A stretch of DNA of 64,000 nucleotides from Octopus vulgaris (taxonomy: Eukaryota). Of this stretch, positions 12,547 to 24,510 are shown one piece after another. The notes beneath the pieces are model-generated. The model saw only the letters and a program-made list of their open reading frames with translations, was not told where the DNA came from and searched no databases. Each line of letters opens with the position of its first letter. Position 1 is the stretch's first letter. The position numbers were made by a program, and so were the translations under genes. The stretch spans positions 22,692,001 to 22,756,000 of the forward strand of contig OX597838.1 of the NCBI GenBank assembly GCA_951406725.2. Reading direction: 5' to 3'.

Positions 12547-13135
12547 ACGAGGAGTGCTGGCAGAATCGTCGGCACGTCGGGCGAAATGTTTAGCGGTATA
12601 TCGTCAGCCGTTACGTTCTGAGTTCAAATTCCGCAGAGGTCGACTTTGCCTTTCATCCTTTCGGGGTCGATTAAATAAGTACCAGTTACGCACTGGGGTC
12701 GATATAATCGACTTAATCCGTTTGTCTGTCCTTGTTTGTCCCCTCTGTGTTTAGCCCCAGGTGGGTAGTAAAGAAATAGGTATTTCGTCATCCGTTACGT
12801 CCTGAGTTCAAATACTGCCGAGGTCGACTTTACCTTTATCTTTTCGGGGTCGATTAAATAAGTACCAGTTACGCACTGGGGTCGATATAATCGACTTAAT
12901 TTCTTTTGTCAGTCCTTGTTTGTCCCCTCTGTGTTTAGCCCCTTGTGGGTAGTAAAGAAATAGGTATTTCTGAGTTCAAATTCCGCCGAGGTCGACTTTG
13001 CCTTTCATCCTTTCGAGGTCGATTAAATAAAGTACCAGATACGCACTGGGGTCGATCTTATCGACTTAATCCGTTTGTCTGTCCTTGTTTGTCCCCCTCT
13101 ATGTTTAGCCTCCTGTGGGCAATAAAGAAATAAAT
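12547..13135 (+). mobile_element. SINE family B (tRNA head, Meta-domain-like), head-to-tail trimer
   Basis: A-box TGGCAGAATCG, B-box GAGTTCAAATTCC, GCCTTTCATCCTTTCGGGGTCGA..AAGTACC resembling the MetaSINE domain. Units rejoin at AAATAGGTATTTC (~12775, ~12960). Confidence 0.85.
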
Positions 13136-13159
13136 AAGACGAAGAGTAAAAGAAATGCT

Positions 13160-13315
13160 CAGTTGTAGAGTTGAGGTGCCGAGCTGTTGTGGTTCTTTTC
13201 AAAAGTTATGGGCAAAAAAAAAGAAAGCCTATGATGAGTTTATGAAGAACTTACAGCTCTTGTATCCTAGACGTAGATTTTCGTTTGCTCTTATTGTCAT
13301 TGCAGCCCTGGCCTT
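13160..13315 (+). mobile_element. Decayed REL endonuclease fragment
   Basis: KKKAYDEFMKNLQLLYPRRRFSFALIVIAAL aligns by eye with and upstream of PDYKFRFIPVIIGALG at 11224. Confidence 0.55.
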
Positions 13316-13364
13316 ACAAAACTGGAAATTCCAAAAACAAAACAAAAAGAGAAAAAAATAAACA

Positions 13365-13534
13365 GGCGCAGGAGTGGCTGTGTAGTAAGTAGCTTGCTAA
13401 CCAACCACATGGTTCCGAGTTCAGTCCCACTGCGTGGCATCTTGGGCAAGTGTCTTCTGCTATAGCCCCGGGCCGACCAATGCCTTCTGAGTTGATTTGG
13501 TAGACGAAAACTGAAAGAAGCCTGTCGTATATAT

Positions 13535-13567
<33 letters not shown>

Positions 13568-13785
13568 CGTTTGTGTGTCTGTGTTTGTACCCCTAGCATT
13601 GCTTGACAACCGATGCTGGTGTGTTTACGTCCCCGTCACTTAGCGGTTCGGCAAAAAGAGACCGATAGAATAAGTACTGGGCTTACAAAAGAATAAGTCC
13701 CGGGGTCGATTTGGTCGATTAAAAGGCGGTGCTCCAGCATGGCCGCAGTCAACTGACTGAAACAAGTAAAAGAGAAAAAAGAGAG
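13365..13785 (+). mobile_element. SINE family A, full length
   Basis: Family A head, CORE-like block and tail. Confidence 0.85.
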
Positions 13786-14044
13786 AAAGAGAGAGGACTA
13801 GAATGACTCACATCCAATCCAATGCTATCAATTAGTCGGGATGACGCAGCGAGAATCTGTAAAACGTTCCAAAGAGTTCTCCGTTTGAGTTTCCTGGAAT
13901 AACCATACGTACACAATTACGCATGACAGACTCATATTCACGTGCACTAAGAGAATAATTAAAACACACGCACAAACACATACACATGCTTGTGTACATT
14001 TGACACCTTCGTCCCTATTGCAACAGAGCAAGTACGGTGTGGTG

Positions 14045-14256
14045 GGGGGGGGGCTGAAATGTTCCTTGCTTTAAGGGCATCGCGAAAGGCCTGGTTGGAG
14101 GCCCCAATGTTCCGAGCTCTTTTACAGGGCTTAGAAAAACTGAAGGACTTCTGTAATAAGTGTGAGGATCTGAGAGGGGAATATATTGAATAAAATCATT
14201 ATTAATCGATCCTCCTGTGTTTTCTTTTACCCAAAGGCAGGAACTCTACAGCACCT
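14045..14256 (+). mobile_element. Mariner-derived MITE or internally deleted element
   Basis: Encodes GLEKLKDFCNKCEDLRGEYIE* (mariner transposase C-terminus). Imperfect TIRs GCTGAAATGTTCCTTGCTTT / AAAGGCAGGAACTCTACAGC. Confidence 0.7.
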
Positions 14257-14261
14257 CTTCA

Positions 14262-14668
14262 TGTGGCTGTGTGGTAAGTAGCTTGTTTACCAGCCACATG
14301 GTTACGGGTTCAGTCCCACTGCGTGGCACCTTGGGCAAGTGTCTTCTACTATAGCCTCGGGCCGACCAAAGCCTTGTGATTGGATTTGGTAGACGGAAAC
14401 TGAAAGAAGCCCGTCGTATATCTGTATATATATATATATAAGTGTGTGTGTTTGTGTGAGTGTGTTTGTCCCCCCTAGCATTGCTTGACAACCGATGCTG
14501 GTGTGTTTATGTCCCCGTTACTTAGCGGTTCGGCAAAAGAGACCGATAGAATAAGTACTGGGCTAACAAAAGAATAAGTCCCGGGGTCGAGTTGCTCGAC
14601 TAAAGGTGGTGCTCCAGCATGGCCGCAGTCAAATGACTGAAACAAGTAAAAGAGTAAAAGAGTAAAGA

Positions 14669-14670
<2 letters not shown>
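14262..14670 (+). mobile_element. SINE family A
   Basis: Family A sequence with (GAGTAAAA)n tail. Confidence 0.85.
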
Positions 14671-14709
<39 letters not shown>

Positions 14710-14885
14710 GAAAAAATAAGAAGGTTGTTAACCTTCTTATTTTTTCTTTACTATATACTGAACCTTACAAAGGTCTTGACAATTAATTTGTCGTATTTAC
14801 ATACCGAAATTTACCGGTAAATAATTGTTGGTTACATGATAAACCACAGGAAAATTATTTACCATTTTTATTGAATTATATATAT

Positions 14886-14922
<37 letters not shown>

Positions 14923-14929
14923 CATATAT

Positions 14930-15043
<114 letters not shown>

Positions 15044-15049
15044 ATGCGC

Positions 15050-15253
15050 GAGGCCGTGTTGAAAAGTTAAGGGTATCGCGTAAAGGCCTGACTGGAGGCC
15101 CAACCTTCCGAGTTCTTTTACAGGGTTTATGAAAAACTGAAGGACCTCTGCAATAAGTGTGGGAATCTGAGAGGGGAATATGTTGAATAAAATCATAATT
15201 AACTGATCCTCCTGTAATTTCTTTTACCCAAAGCCAGGAACTATTCAGCGTCT

Positions 15254-15256
<3 letters not shown>
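15050..15256 (+). mobile_element. Mariner-derived MITE, second copy
   Basis: Homologous to 14045-14256; right TIR AAAGCCAGGAACTATTCAGC. Confidence 0.7.
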
Positions 15257-15310
<54 letters not shown>

Positions 15311-15765
15311 CACAATATGCAAACACTAACTCAGTCACATAGTCATAGTTTCCTCCAGAACTATCTTGACTCAAAACAAGAGAAGCCTAGTCACTTCTTT
15401 AGCGATCGGATACAGTTCGAAAAAAAAAAGAAAAAGAACTGAGATAAATTTCAGAGAAATGCGTTTGTCTCACTATTTCCGTTCCCTATTCATATTTCTT
15501 TCGCGACACAGCAATCCTAACTACAAATATGAGTCACAATCTTTTATTATTCTTTTTGTCACTAAATTTTTTCCTCAAAATGAAATTTAAACCAATTTTA
15601 TATTATAATGCCTTTTGTTACAATGTTGGGTGACCTAGTTTTGGGGGAATTTTGCTTTCTTTCTTTCTTCCTTTTCTGACACACAGTGTAGGAATGCTTC
15701 ATTCACAAACACAAACGAAAATATACAAAATTATGTTGAATCCTTGTTGTTATTATTACTATTAT

Positions 15766-16050
15766 TATAACCTCTGCCTTAGCGTAGGCGAAGGTATTGT
15801 TTTCAGTTGTGTTTGTTTGTTTGTCCGTGGACAAGATATCTCAAGAACCAATGAGCGGATTCGAATGAAACTTTCAGGAATGTTTGGCCTCGTGACTGGC
15901 ACGAATTGATTAGATTTTGAGATCGATCCGGTACCGGACAAGGATTCTGGATTATTTTTCCTGTCTTTTACTTAATTTTTGATAGCAGTCGGGTCCATTT
16001 ACACTTGTTGATACTATCGAAGCGGACAGAGGTTGTCAGAGGTCTCACAT
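15766..16050 (+). mobile_element. Helentron-associated / DINE-1-like non-autonomous element
   Basis: 5' ACCTCTGCC with 3' inverted CAGAGGT, (GTTT)n, core ATCTCAAGAAC..CGGATTCGAATGAAACTTTCAGG typical of HINE/DINE elements. Confidence 0.6.
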
Positions 16051-16076
16051 AAGACCTGGTACTATTATTATTATTG

Positions 16077-16824
16077 AGTGAGAGCGCAGTGCATGTCATC
16101 AAAGTGACACCGGGGTACAAATATACGAAACCCAGTATACCTATCATTACCTCCCGTCTGATTAAGGGTACACTAGGCATATGCATCACAACCATATGTG
16201 CATGACATGGTGATCTCATATCAAGATAAACAATGCATGACCTTGCAGGAGGGGCCCAGTTAGAATTTTTTTCAGGTCGAGTAACCCATCCCGCTCAAAA
16301 AAGTCCCTGAATAAGGGTTGTTTAAGGATGTTGAACGAACCACTCATGTTTCCAGAGGTGAATTATCCAAACTCCCAAAGAATTCCTCTCTACACATGGC
16401 GATGATGCACATATCGGCAGTGCATGTCATCAAAGTGACACCGGGGTACAAATATACGAAACCCAGTATACCTACCATTACCTCCCGTCTGATTAAGGGT
16501 ACACTAGGCATATGCATCACAACCATATGTGCACGACATGGTGATCTCATATCAAGATAAACAACGCATGACCATGCAGGAGGGGCCCAGTTAAAATCTT
16601 TTTCAGGTCGAGTAACCCATCCCGCTCAAAAAGGTCCCTGAATAAGGGTTGTTTAAGGATGTTGAACGAACCACCCATGTTTCCAGAGGTGAATTATCCA
16701 AACCCCCAAAGAATTCCTCTCTACACATGGCGATGATGCACATATCGGCAGCCACTAAGGGACATGCTCATGTGGTTAAGGTCAAACAACTGACAAGCAA
16801 ATTTGTGGTATTGAGCAGAATATT
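16077..16824 (-). mobile_element. Unclassified (AAT)n-tailed repeat (family C) with internal 331-bp tandem duplication
   Basis: Units start at 16086 and 16417 (GCAGTGCATGTCATC). Homologous to 17641, 37067 and 49425 copies. Confidence 0.75.
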
Positions 16825-17054
16825 AGCGGCGAGCTGGCAGAAACGTTAGCACGCCGGGCGAAATGCTTAGCGGTATTTCGCCTGCGTTACGTTGTGAGTT
16901 CAAATTCCGCCGAGGTCGACTTTGCCTTTCATCCTTTCGGGGTCGATAAATTAAGCACCAGTTACGCACTGGGGTCGATATAATCGACTTAATACCTATG
17001 TCTGTCCTTGTTTGTCCCCTCTGTGTTTAGCCCATTGTGGGCAATAAAGAAATA
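16825..17054 (+). mobile_element. SINE family B, full length with 18-bp target-site duplication
   Basis: GGTATTGAGCAGAATATT at 16807-16824 and 17055-17072; inserted into the family C element. Confidence 0.9.
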
Positions 17055-17593
17055 GGTATTGAGCAGAATATTTGCTGTAGCTCCACGCGCGGAATCCACG
17101 CTGGAATCAATCGCTGCTGAGATTTTTCGAATTTTACTTTTCTTTTGCCATTTTCAGTCGCTGAAATTGTAACTTTGGTTTACGGATACATCCAGGTGTC
17201 TTCCGGAAAAAAGTTTCACCCTGATTCAATCACGGAACGGGCTTCCTGCTCGTTCGGAAACTATCCTCGGATATACATATTTTCGATCAGTCTTCCTTTC
17301 CACAAGATGGCCAGCTCGAGTTTAAATAGAAGAGTGTTTGTTTGGAGAAAATGAATTGCCTTCCTTGTACTCAAACGACCCCAGTCATGGTAGTCAACTG
17401 CGTGTGACAGACGCCACTCCCAGAGAGATTAGCAATGTCACAACAACAGCTACTACAAGAATAACAACAACGACGTCAACAGACAAAAACAAGATCACTT
17501 ACACCAGCATAACCTGTGACAACTCCAACAACAACAATAACGAAACTAGGAACAACAATACTAATAACAATAGTAACAACAATAATACTCATT

Positions 17594-18549
17594 TCTACTA
17601 AATGAACAAGGCCTGCAATTTCGGGTGAGAGACTTAATCGTGGTGATCTCATATCAAGATAAACAGCGCATGACCTTGCAGGTGGGGCCCAGTTAGAATT
17701 TTCTTCAGGTTGAGTAGCCTATCCCACTCAAAACGTCCCTGAATAATGGTTGTTTAAGGTTGTTGTACGAACCACCCATGTTTCCAAAGGTGAATTATCC
17801 AAACCTCAAAGAATTCCTCTCAAGACAAGGCTATGACGGTCCCCCACTACTTCTGCACGTGGTCAGAGATGCACATATCGTCAGCCACTAACGGACATGC
17901 TCAACTGGTTAAGGTCAAACAACTGACAAGCAATTCTGTGGTATTGAGCAGAATATTTGCTGTAGCCCAACTTTTATACCAAGACAAACCAATGTACATG
18001 ATAACACTTCCAATCAGTTAAGATCAGAAGCCATGAGAGCCACTGTCTGGTACTGCATCAGGGCATTTATTATTATTATCTACTAAATGAACAAGGCCTG
18101 CAATTTCGGGTGAGAGACTTAATCGTGGTGATCTCATATCAAGATAAACAGCGCATGACCTTGCAGGTGGGGCCCAGTTAGAATTTTCTTCAGGTTGAGT
18201 AGCCTATCCCACTCAAAACGTCCCTGAATAATGGTTGTTTAAGGTTGTTGTACGAACCACCCATGTTTCCAAAGGTGAATTATCCAAACCTCAAAGAATT
18301 CCTCTCAAGACAAGGCTATGACGGTCCCCCACTACTTCTGCACGTGGTCAGAGATGCACATATCGTCAGCCACTAACGGACATGCTCAACTGGTTAAGGT
18401 CAAACAACTGACAAGCAATTCTGTGGTATTGAGCAGAATATTTGCTGTAGCCCAACTTTTATACCAAGACAAACCAATGTACATGATAACACTTCCAATC
18501 AGTTAAGATCAGAAGCCATGAGAGCCACTGTCTGGTACTGCATCAGGGC

Positions 18550-18563
<14 letters not shown>
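17594..18563. repeat. 485-bp tandem duplication, mostly family C
   Basis: Units start at 17594 and 18079. Identical ORFs 17833 and 18318 are 485 apart; no differences seen by eye. Confidence 0.9.
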
Positions 18564-18627
<64 letters not shown>

Positions 18628-18761
18628 CATTATTATTATTATGCATAAAAAATGTATTTTCTGACACATATCGGGGAGATCAAATCAGATCGTGCTTTTA
18701 GAACTACGTAAATGCATATACAAATACGTGTGTCTGTGTTTGTGTGTGTGTGTGAGCGTGA

Positions 18762-18830
<69 letters not shown>

Positions 18831-19555
18831 TGTGTGTGCGTGTGTGTGTCCGTCCATTCCTACATTTTCGCTGCCTCACTTTTCCTTCAAAGGATATGGG
18901 GAGAAGATAGAATCCTCAGGCAGCACTTCCATAGGGTCCTACCCGAAGCAACCAACATTACACTTGCCCGCCGCTGGATTTCCAAGCGTGACCCCCAACC
19001 CCTCTAACCGCCCAAGACACAAAACTATTTAATTCTTACCTGGCTTAGGTGGACAGGTGTATCAATTACGAACAACGCGTTCTTATTTGCAAGTCTACCG
19101 CAAGGTCTTTTGTTTGTTTTTGTGACTATTGTTGTTGTTCCTTGTGAGAGACTGTTTTTTTTTCTATTGTGTCTTGTTTTTGTTTTCGTTTTTGCGTTGT
19201 ATTTTTTTTTGGGGGGGGGGGGGTTTCAAGTGAAAACCAGAGCTGAACCTACATCAGACTCCCTTTCTCGTTCTCGCACGCGATATTTTTCGAATGGCAA
19301 GATGAAAAAAAAAAAGAAGAAAAAAAAATCAACAAAACTGAACTTGTGCAATAATGGAGGAGACTTGCTCTAAGTGACTGAAAGGATCTCCAGACATGGC
19401 GGTACCATTTAGTACAGTGTGTGTGTGGAGGGCCATAAAACACTATTCCAGATGATGGGGTTTTTTTTTTCTTTTTTTCGTTCGTTTGTTTGTTTGTTTC
19501 ACCGGCATGGCTTCTTGCCCAAACGTGATGCTACCTTTTCCACCTGCACCAACTC

Positions 19556-19748
19556 CCCCACCACCACCACCACCACCACCATCACCACCACCACCACCAC
19601 CACCACCACTACCACTACCACCACACCACCACCACCACCACCACCACCATCACCACCACCATCACTACCACCACCACCACCACCGCCGCCACCACCACCA
19701 CCACCACCACCACCACCATCACCACCACCACTACCACCACCACCACTA

Positions 19749-19780
<32 letters not shown>

Positions 19781-19933
19781 ACCACCACACCACCACCACC
19801 ACCACCACCATCACCACCACCATCACCACCACCACCACCACCGCCGCCGCCGCCGCCGCCGCCACCACCACCACCACCACCACCACCACCACCACCACCA
19901 CCACCACAACCGCCGCCACCACCACTACCACCA
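19556..19933. repeat. (CCA)n/(CCG)n trinucleotide tract
   Basis: Direct reading. Confidence 0.95.
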
Positions 19934-20482
19934 GTGGTCTGCTACCACCAACTTCGAAGATGTGGAGATCAAGATAATTAAAAGTGTGTTTCTTGAAGGT
20001 AACAGCACAGCCATTAATTAATGTAATTTGTGTGCGTGTATATGTGTGTATATGTGTGTGTGTGTGTGTATGTGTGTGTGTGTGTGAGTGTGTGTGTGTG
20101 TGTGTGTGTGCTGGGGAAGAAGGCACAACGAGTTGATGTGAGCGTCTCCACATAACTGCATCGTAAGCGAATTTTCCGAAGTCTCTGTTCACAGTGTCTG
20201 GTAGTTTGGCCTCTTCCCAATATTTTATTATTAGCAACAATTATAAGGCGGCGAGCTGACAAAATCTTTTTTTCCGCGCCGAATAAAAATGTTTAATGTC
20301 AGTTAGATCCAGGTTTAAGTTCTCTAGTTCATAATCCGCCGGATTTGACTTCGCTTTGCGTCCTGTCGCGTTCGATAAAATAGGTACAGTCAAGCTGTGT
20401 GGGTCAATGTAACTGATTAACACCCATACCCCAAATTTCAGGCCTTGTGCCTATTATTATCATTATTATTATTATTATTAAT

Positions 20483-20601
<119 letters not shown>

Positions 20602-20603
20602 CA

Positions 20604-20670
<67 letters not shown>

Positions 20671-20672
<2 letters not shown>

Positions 20673-21013
20673 CTTTTTCTTCTTCTTTCAAATTTGCTTC
20701 CATTTCTTGCCGAGTGTCTTCCCGACTCCTAGGGCAAAGAAACTCATAGTGTACATTGGTAGGCCATTAAACTAAACTCACTAGTTCGTTCGTTCATTTT
20801 TTTTTTTAAAGTTAAATTAAAATACATGGGTAGTAATAGTTCTCACATCGACAATGCTCTTCTCAATACGTGTGATGTACCAGTTAAGATAATCTTTTGC
20901 ACTTCTTGTAAGGATGGTAAGCCAGGGATCATTCTCATATAATTTTCGGTTCCCTTCTTGATCATTCCTAGTGCTCCTACGATCACTGGTATTGTAACCG
21001 CCTTGAGATGCCA

Positions 21014-21016
<3 letters not shown>
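20671..21016 (-). mobile_element. REL-type (R4/Dong-like) retrotransposon 3' end in (TAA)n
   Basis: Minus translation MWHLKAVTIPVIVGALGMIKKGTENYMRMIPGLPSLQEVQKIILTGTSHVLRRALSM*, then 3'UTR; (ATT)n on both sides. Confidence 0.85.
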
Positions 21017-21086
<70 letters not shown>

Positions 21087-21095
21087 ATTATTATT

Positions 21096-21139
<44 letters not shown>

Positions 21140-21154
21140 TTGTGTGTGTGTGTA

Positions 21155-21381
21155 AGGCGGCGAACTGGCAGAATTGTTAGCGGGCTGGACGAAATGCATA
21201 GCGGTATTTCGTCCGTCGCTACGTTCTGAGTTCAAATTCCGCCGTGGTCGACTTTGCCTTTCATCCTCCCGGGGTTGATAAATTAATTACCACGGTCGAT
21301 AAAATAAGTACCAGTTGTGTACTGGGGTCGATCTAATCAACTGGCCCCCAAAATTGCTGCCCCTGTGACAAAATTTGAAAC
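21155..21381 (+). mobile_element. SINE family B, full length, alternative tail
   Basis: GGCGGCGAACTGGCAGAA head; tail CCCCAAAATTGCTGCCCCTGTGACAAAATTTGAAAC. Confidence 0.8.
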
Positions 21382-21401
21382 TATTATTATTATTATTATT
21401 A

Positions 21402-21486
<85 letters not shown>

Positions 21487-21592
21487 TATTATTATTATTT
21501 ATTTTTTTTTTTTTTCTCTGTATGTCTCCATTGAAGTCTAATGTCGGCTACGTACCGATTAGATAATGATAACAAGAATCATAATAATAATA

Positions 21593-21780
21593 ATATCGAA
21601 AAATAACCTTACGAATGAGAGAGAGCCCGGGTTCGAAATTTTCCCAAGACACCTGATGAAGGCTGGAGAGTATATCAGCCGAAATGCTGTGTTAACAACA
21701 AACAAGATGAGGACAAATATCCGTCAAATGTAAATAATGTAAATAATGTAAATAATTCCTCATCTTTTGAATATAGAACG
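21593..21780 (+). mobile_element. pLTR-like repeat with degenerate hammerhead (21648-21693)
   Basis: Homologous to 8181-8337. GACAC-CTGATGA-A-GGCTG..CAGCC-GAAA-TGCT-GTGTT, with stem III and cleavage site mutated. Confidence 0.7.
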
Positions 21781-22446
21781 ATATTTTATTATTGTTATAC
21801 TTAGGGACGGTCATATTTTTGCCAATAAACCACACGCACTGTTTACTTGGTCTTCACTTCAGCTTTATCATTCTCCATCCCATGTGCATCCTCCTGTCCT
21901 GTTTAGTCCGTTCTGTCTTTCTGTGGTGTGTATCCTTATCTGGTTAGAATGGAACAGAACGGACTAAACAGGACAGGAGACACGTGGAGTGGAGAGACGC
22001 TGAAGGGGTCACAGGATGCGGGATGAAAAAAATTTCTGACAAAGGACACTGAAATAATAATAAGAACGCTGAAGTCAAAAGCAAGTATACAGTGCGTGTG
22101 TTTAATCGGCAAAAGATGACCGTCCCCAATACAGGATTCCACACCAGGAATCTTACAAAATAAATGCATAAACGTAACAATACATTGGTGGTGGTGGTGG
22201 TAGTGGTGGTGGTGGTGGTGGTGGTGGTGGTGGTGGTGGTGGTGGTGGTGGTGGTGTTGGTGGTGGTGGCGGTGGTGGTGGCGGTGGCGGTGGTGTTGAT
22301 AAGGGTGTTGCGTGGTGGAGTTGGTGGTAGTTTTGATGTTTGTTGTGATAGTGGTCGTCTTGATCATAACATCTAATACCACCCCACCGCGATCAAACAC
22401 CACCACCGCAACTACTAACACTCACTTCCAGAGAGAGCGGTGAGGG

Positions 22447-22471
22447 AGAGAGAGAAAGAAAGAAAGAACGA

Positions 22472-22523
<52 letters not shown>

Positions 22524-22659
22524 ATGAGAGAGAGAGAGAAAGTAAGAAAGAGAGAGAGAAAGAGAGAAAGAAAGAGAGGAGGAAAGAAAGAAAGAAAGAA
22601 AGAAAGAGAGAAAGAAAGAAAGAGAGAGAGAAAGAAAGAGAGAAAGAAAGAGAGAAGGA

Positions 22660-22723
<64 letters not shown>

Positions 22724-22923
22724 GAGAAAGAAAGAAAGAAAGAAAGAGAGAAAGAAAGAAAAAAAGAAAGAAAGAAAAAAGAAAGAGAGTGTGATAAAGA
22801 TATACAGAAAGAGAAAGGAGGGAGAGAGAAAGAGAAAAGAAGAGAGTGAGGAAGAGAAAGAGAGAGAGTGGTGAGGAAGAGAGACAGAGTGTGGGAAAGA
22901 TATAGAGAAAGAGAAAGAGAGAA

Positions 22924-22974
<51 letters not shown>

Positions 22975-22995
22975 CAGACAGGCAAACAGACAAAC
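22447..22995. repeat. (GAAA)n/(GA)n polypurine and (GACA)n tract
   Basis: Direct reading. Confidence 0.95.
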
Positions 22996-23164
22996 AGGCA
23001 GGAATGAGTCGAGTAAGACAAACTTAGAGACAAGATGGTAGGTGAAAAATGAGATAATAATAGATCGAAGTTGGTAAAGGAAAGAAGTTGATCGATCAGC
23101 GACAGGTTATGGTGTTTTGTCTACGGAAATTGTGATGGGGGAGAATGAAGACTTTGAGGGGATG

Positions 23165-23224
<60 letters not shown>

Positions 23225-23337
23225 GGAGGAAGATGGAGAGGGAGATGCGGAGAGAGAGGGAAGAAACAGGAGACATATACACACATACAAACTACATCAT
23301 ATACACAGCCTCTGTTTTTCTATTCGTATGCATGTGC

Positions 23338-23560
<223 letters not shown>

Positions 23561-23570
23561 TATAAATGTG

Positions 23571-23770
23571 GGGGGCGTGGCTTAGTTGTTAGGGTGTCAG
23601 CAGCATGATCGTAAAGATTGCGGTGTCGATTCCTGGACCGGGCGATGCGTTGTGTTCTTGAGCAAAACACTTCATTTCACGATGCTCCTGTCCACTCAGC
23701 TGGCAAAAATGAGTAACACTGCGATGGACTGGCGTCCCGTCCAGCTGGGGAACACATAGTCACTGGAAAA
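23571..23770 (+). mobile_element. tRNA-derived SINE family D (CORE- and V-domain-like blocks)
   Basis: TGGCTTAGTTGTTAG A-box, GTGTCGATTCC B-box, GTTGTGTTCTTGAGCAAAACACTT, CTGCGATGGACTGGCGTCCCGTCCAG. Confidence 0.75.
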
Positions 23771-23822
23771 AGGATATATGTATTTGCATTGGGACCCCTT
23801 TTCACCGAAGACCAGTGATTGT

Positions 23823-23867
23823 CGTGCGCTGATGACGGGTCAATACCCAGAAACTCGAGTCCGTGCG
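23823..23867 (+). ncRNA. Type I hammerhead ribozyme motif
   Basis: CGTGCG-CTGATGA-C-GGGT(CAAT)ACCC-A-GAA-ACTCGAGT-C-CGTGCG. Stem I 6 bp including two G-U, palindromic stem III, GUC site. Confidence 0.8.
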
Positions 23868-24078
23868 TATCACGTAGATTGACGATGGGAAGGATGGCTT
23901 CCCTTTGCAAATACCGATAGGGCACAGAAAGTGTGTCAATAGCCAGCAGGAGAAGATGTTCTCCTGGGGCTACAAGCTACAGTAACATCCACCCTTAGTG
24001 GTTAGCCATATTTAAATGGCAAATATACTTCACATTGTCGTGCTGTTACTGCCTATACCTCGTTCAGAGATTTATTAT

Positions 24079-24152
<74 letters not shown>

Positions 24153-24470
24153 CAGATATATACATACACACATATGTATATACATATATATATAAAATAA
24201 AGTGTACATTTAAACACATTAAGAGGTTTCCATCATAGGAATCCTTTACGCTAGAAAGAACAGCTAAAGTCCAAACCACTAATTAGGGATAAATTCTCGA
24301 ACTGAATGAAAAATAAAAACATTTACTGTCTCTTTCCTGGACCATGGTTTCTGACTTAATTCTAGTAAACAAAATAATTTACCATGGCGAAGTCTTCATC
24401 AACATATGTTTATAGCTGTGTGCACCACCATTTATGTTCCGTATGGTGGACATGTCTCTAACGTGTGCGC

Positions 24471-24510
<40 letters not shown>

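Noticed and set aside
17158-17354. Exon after TTTTCTTTTGCCATTTTCAG
   Set aside because: Weak donor, unrecognisable peptide, and the sequence resembles DNA-transposon interior.
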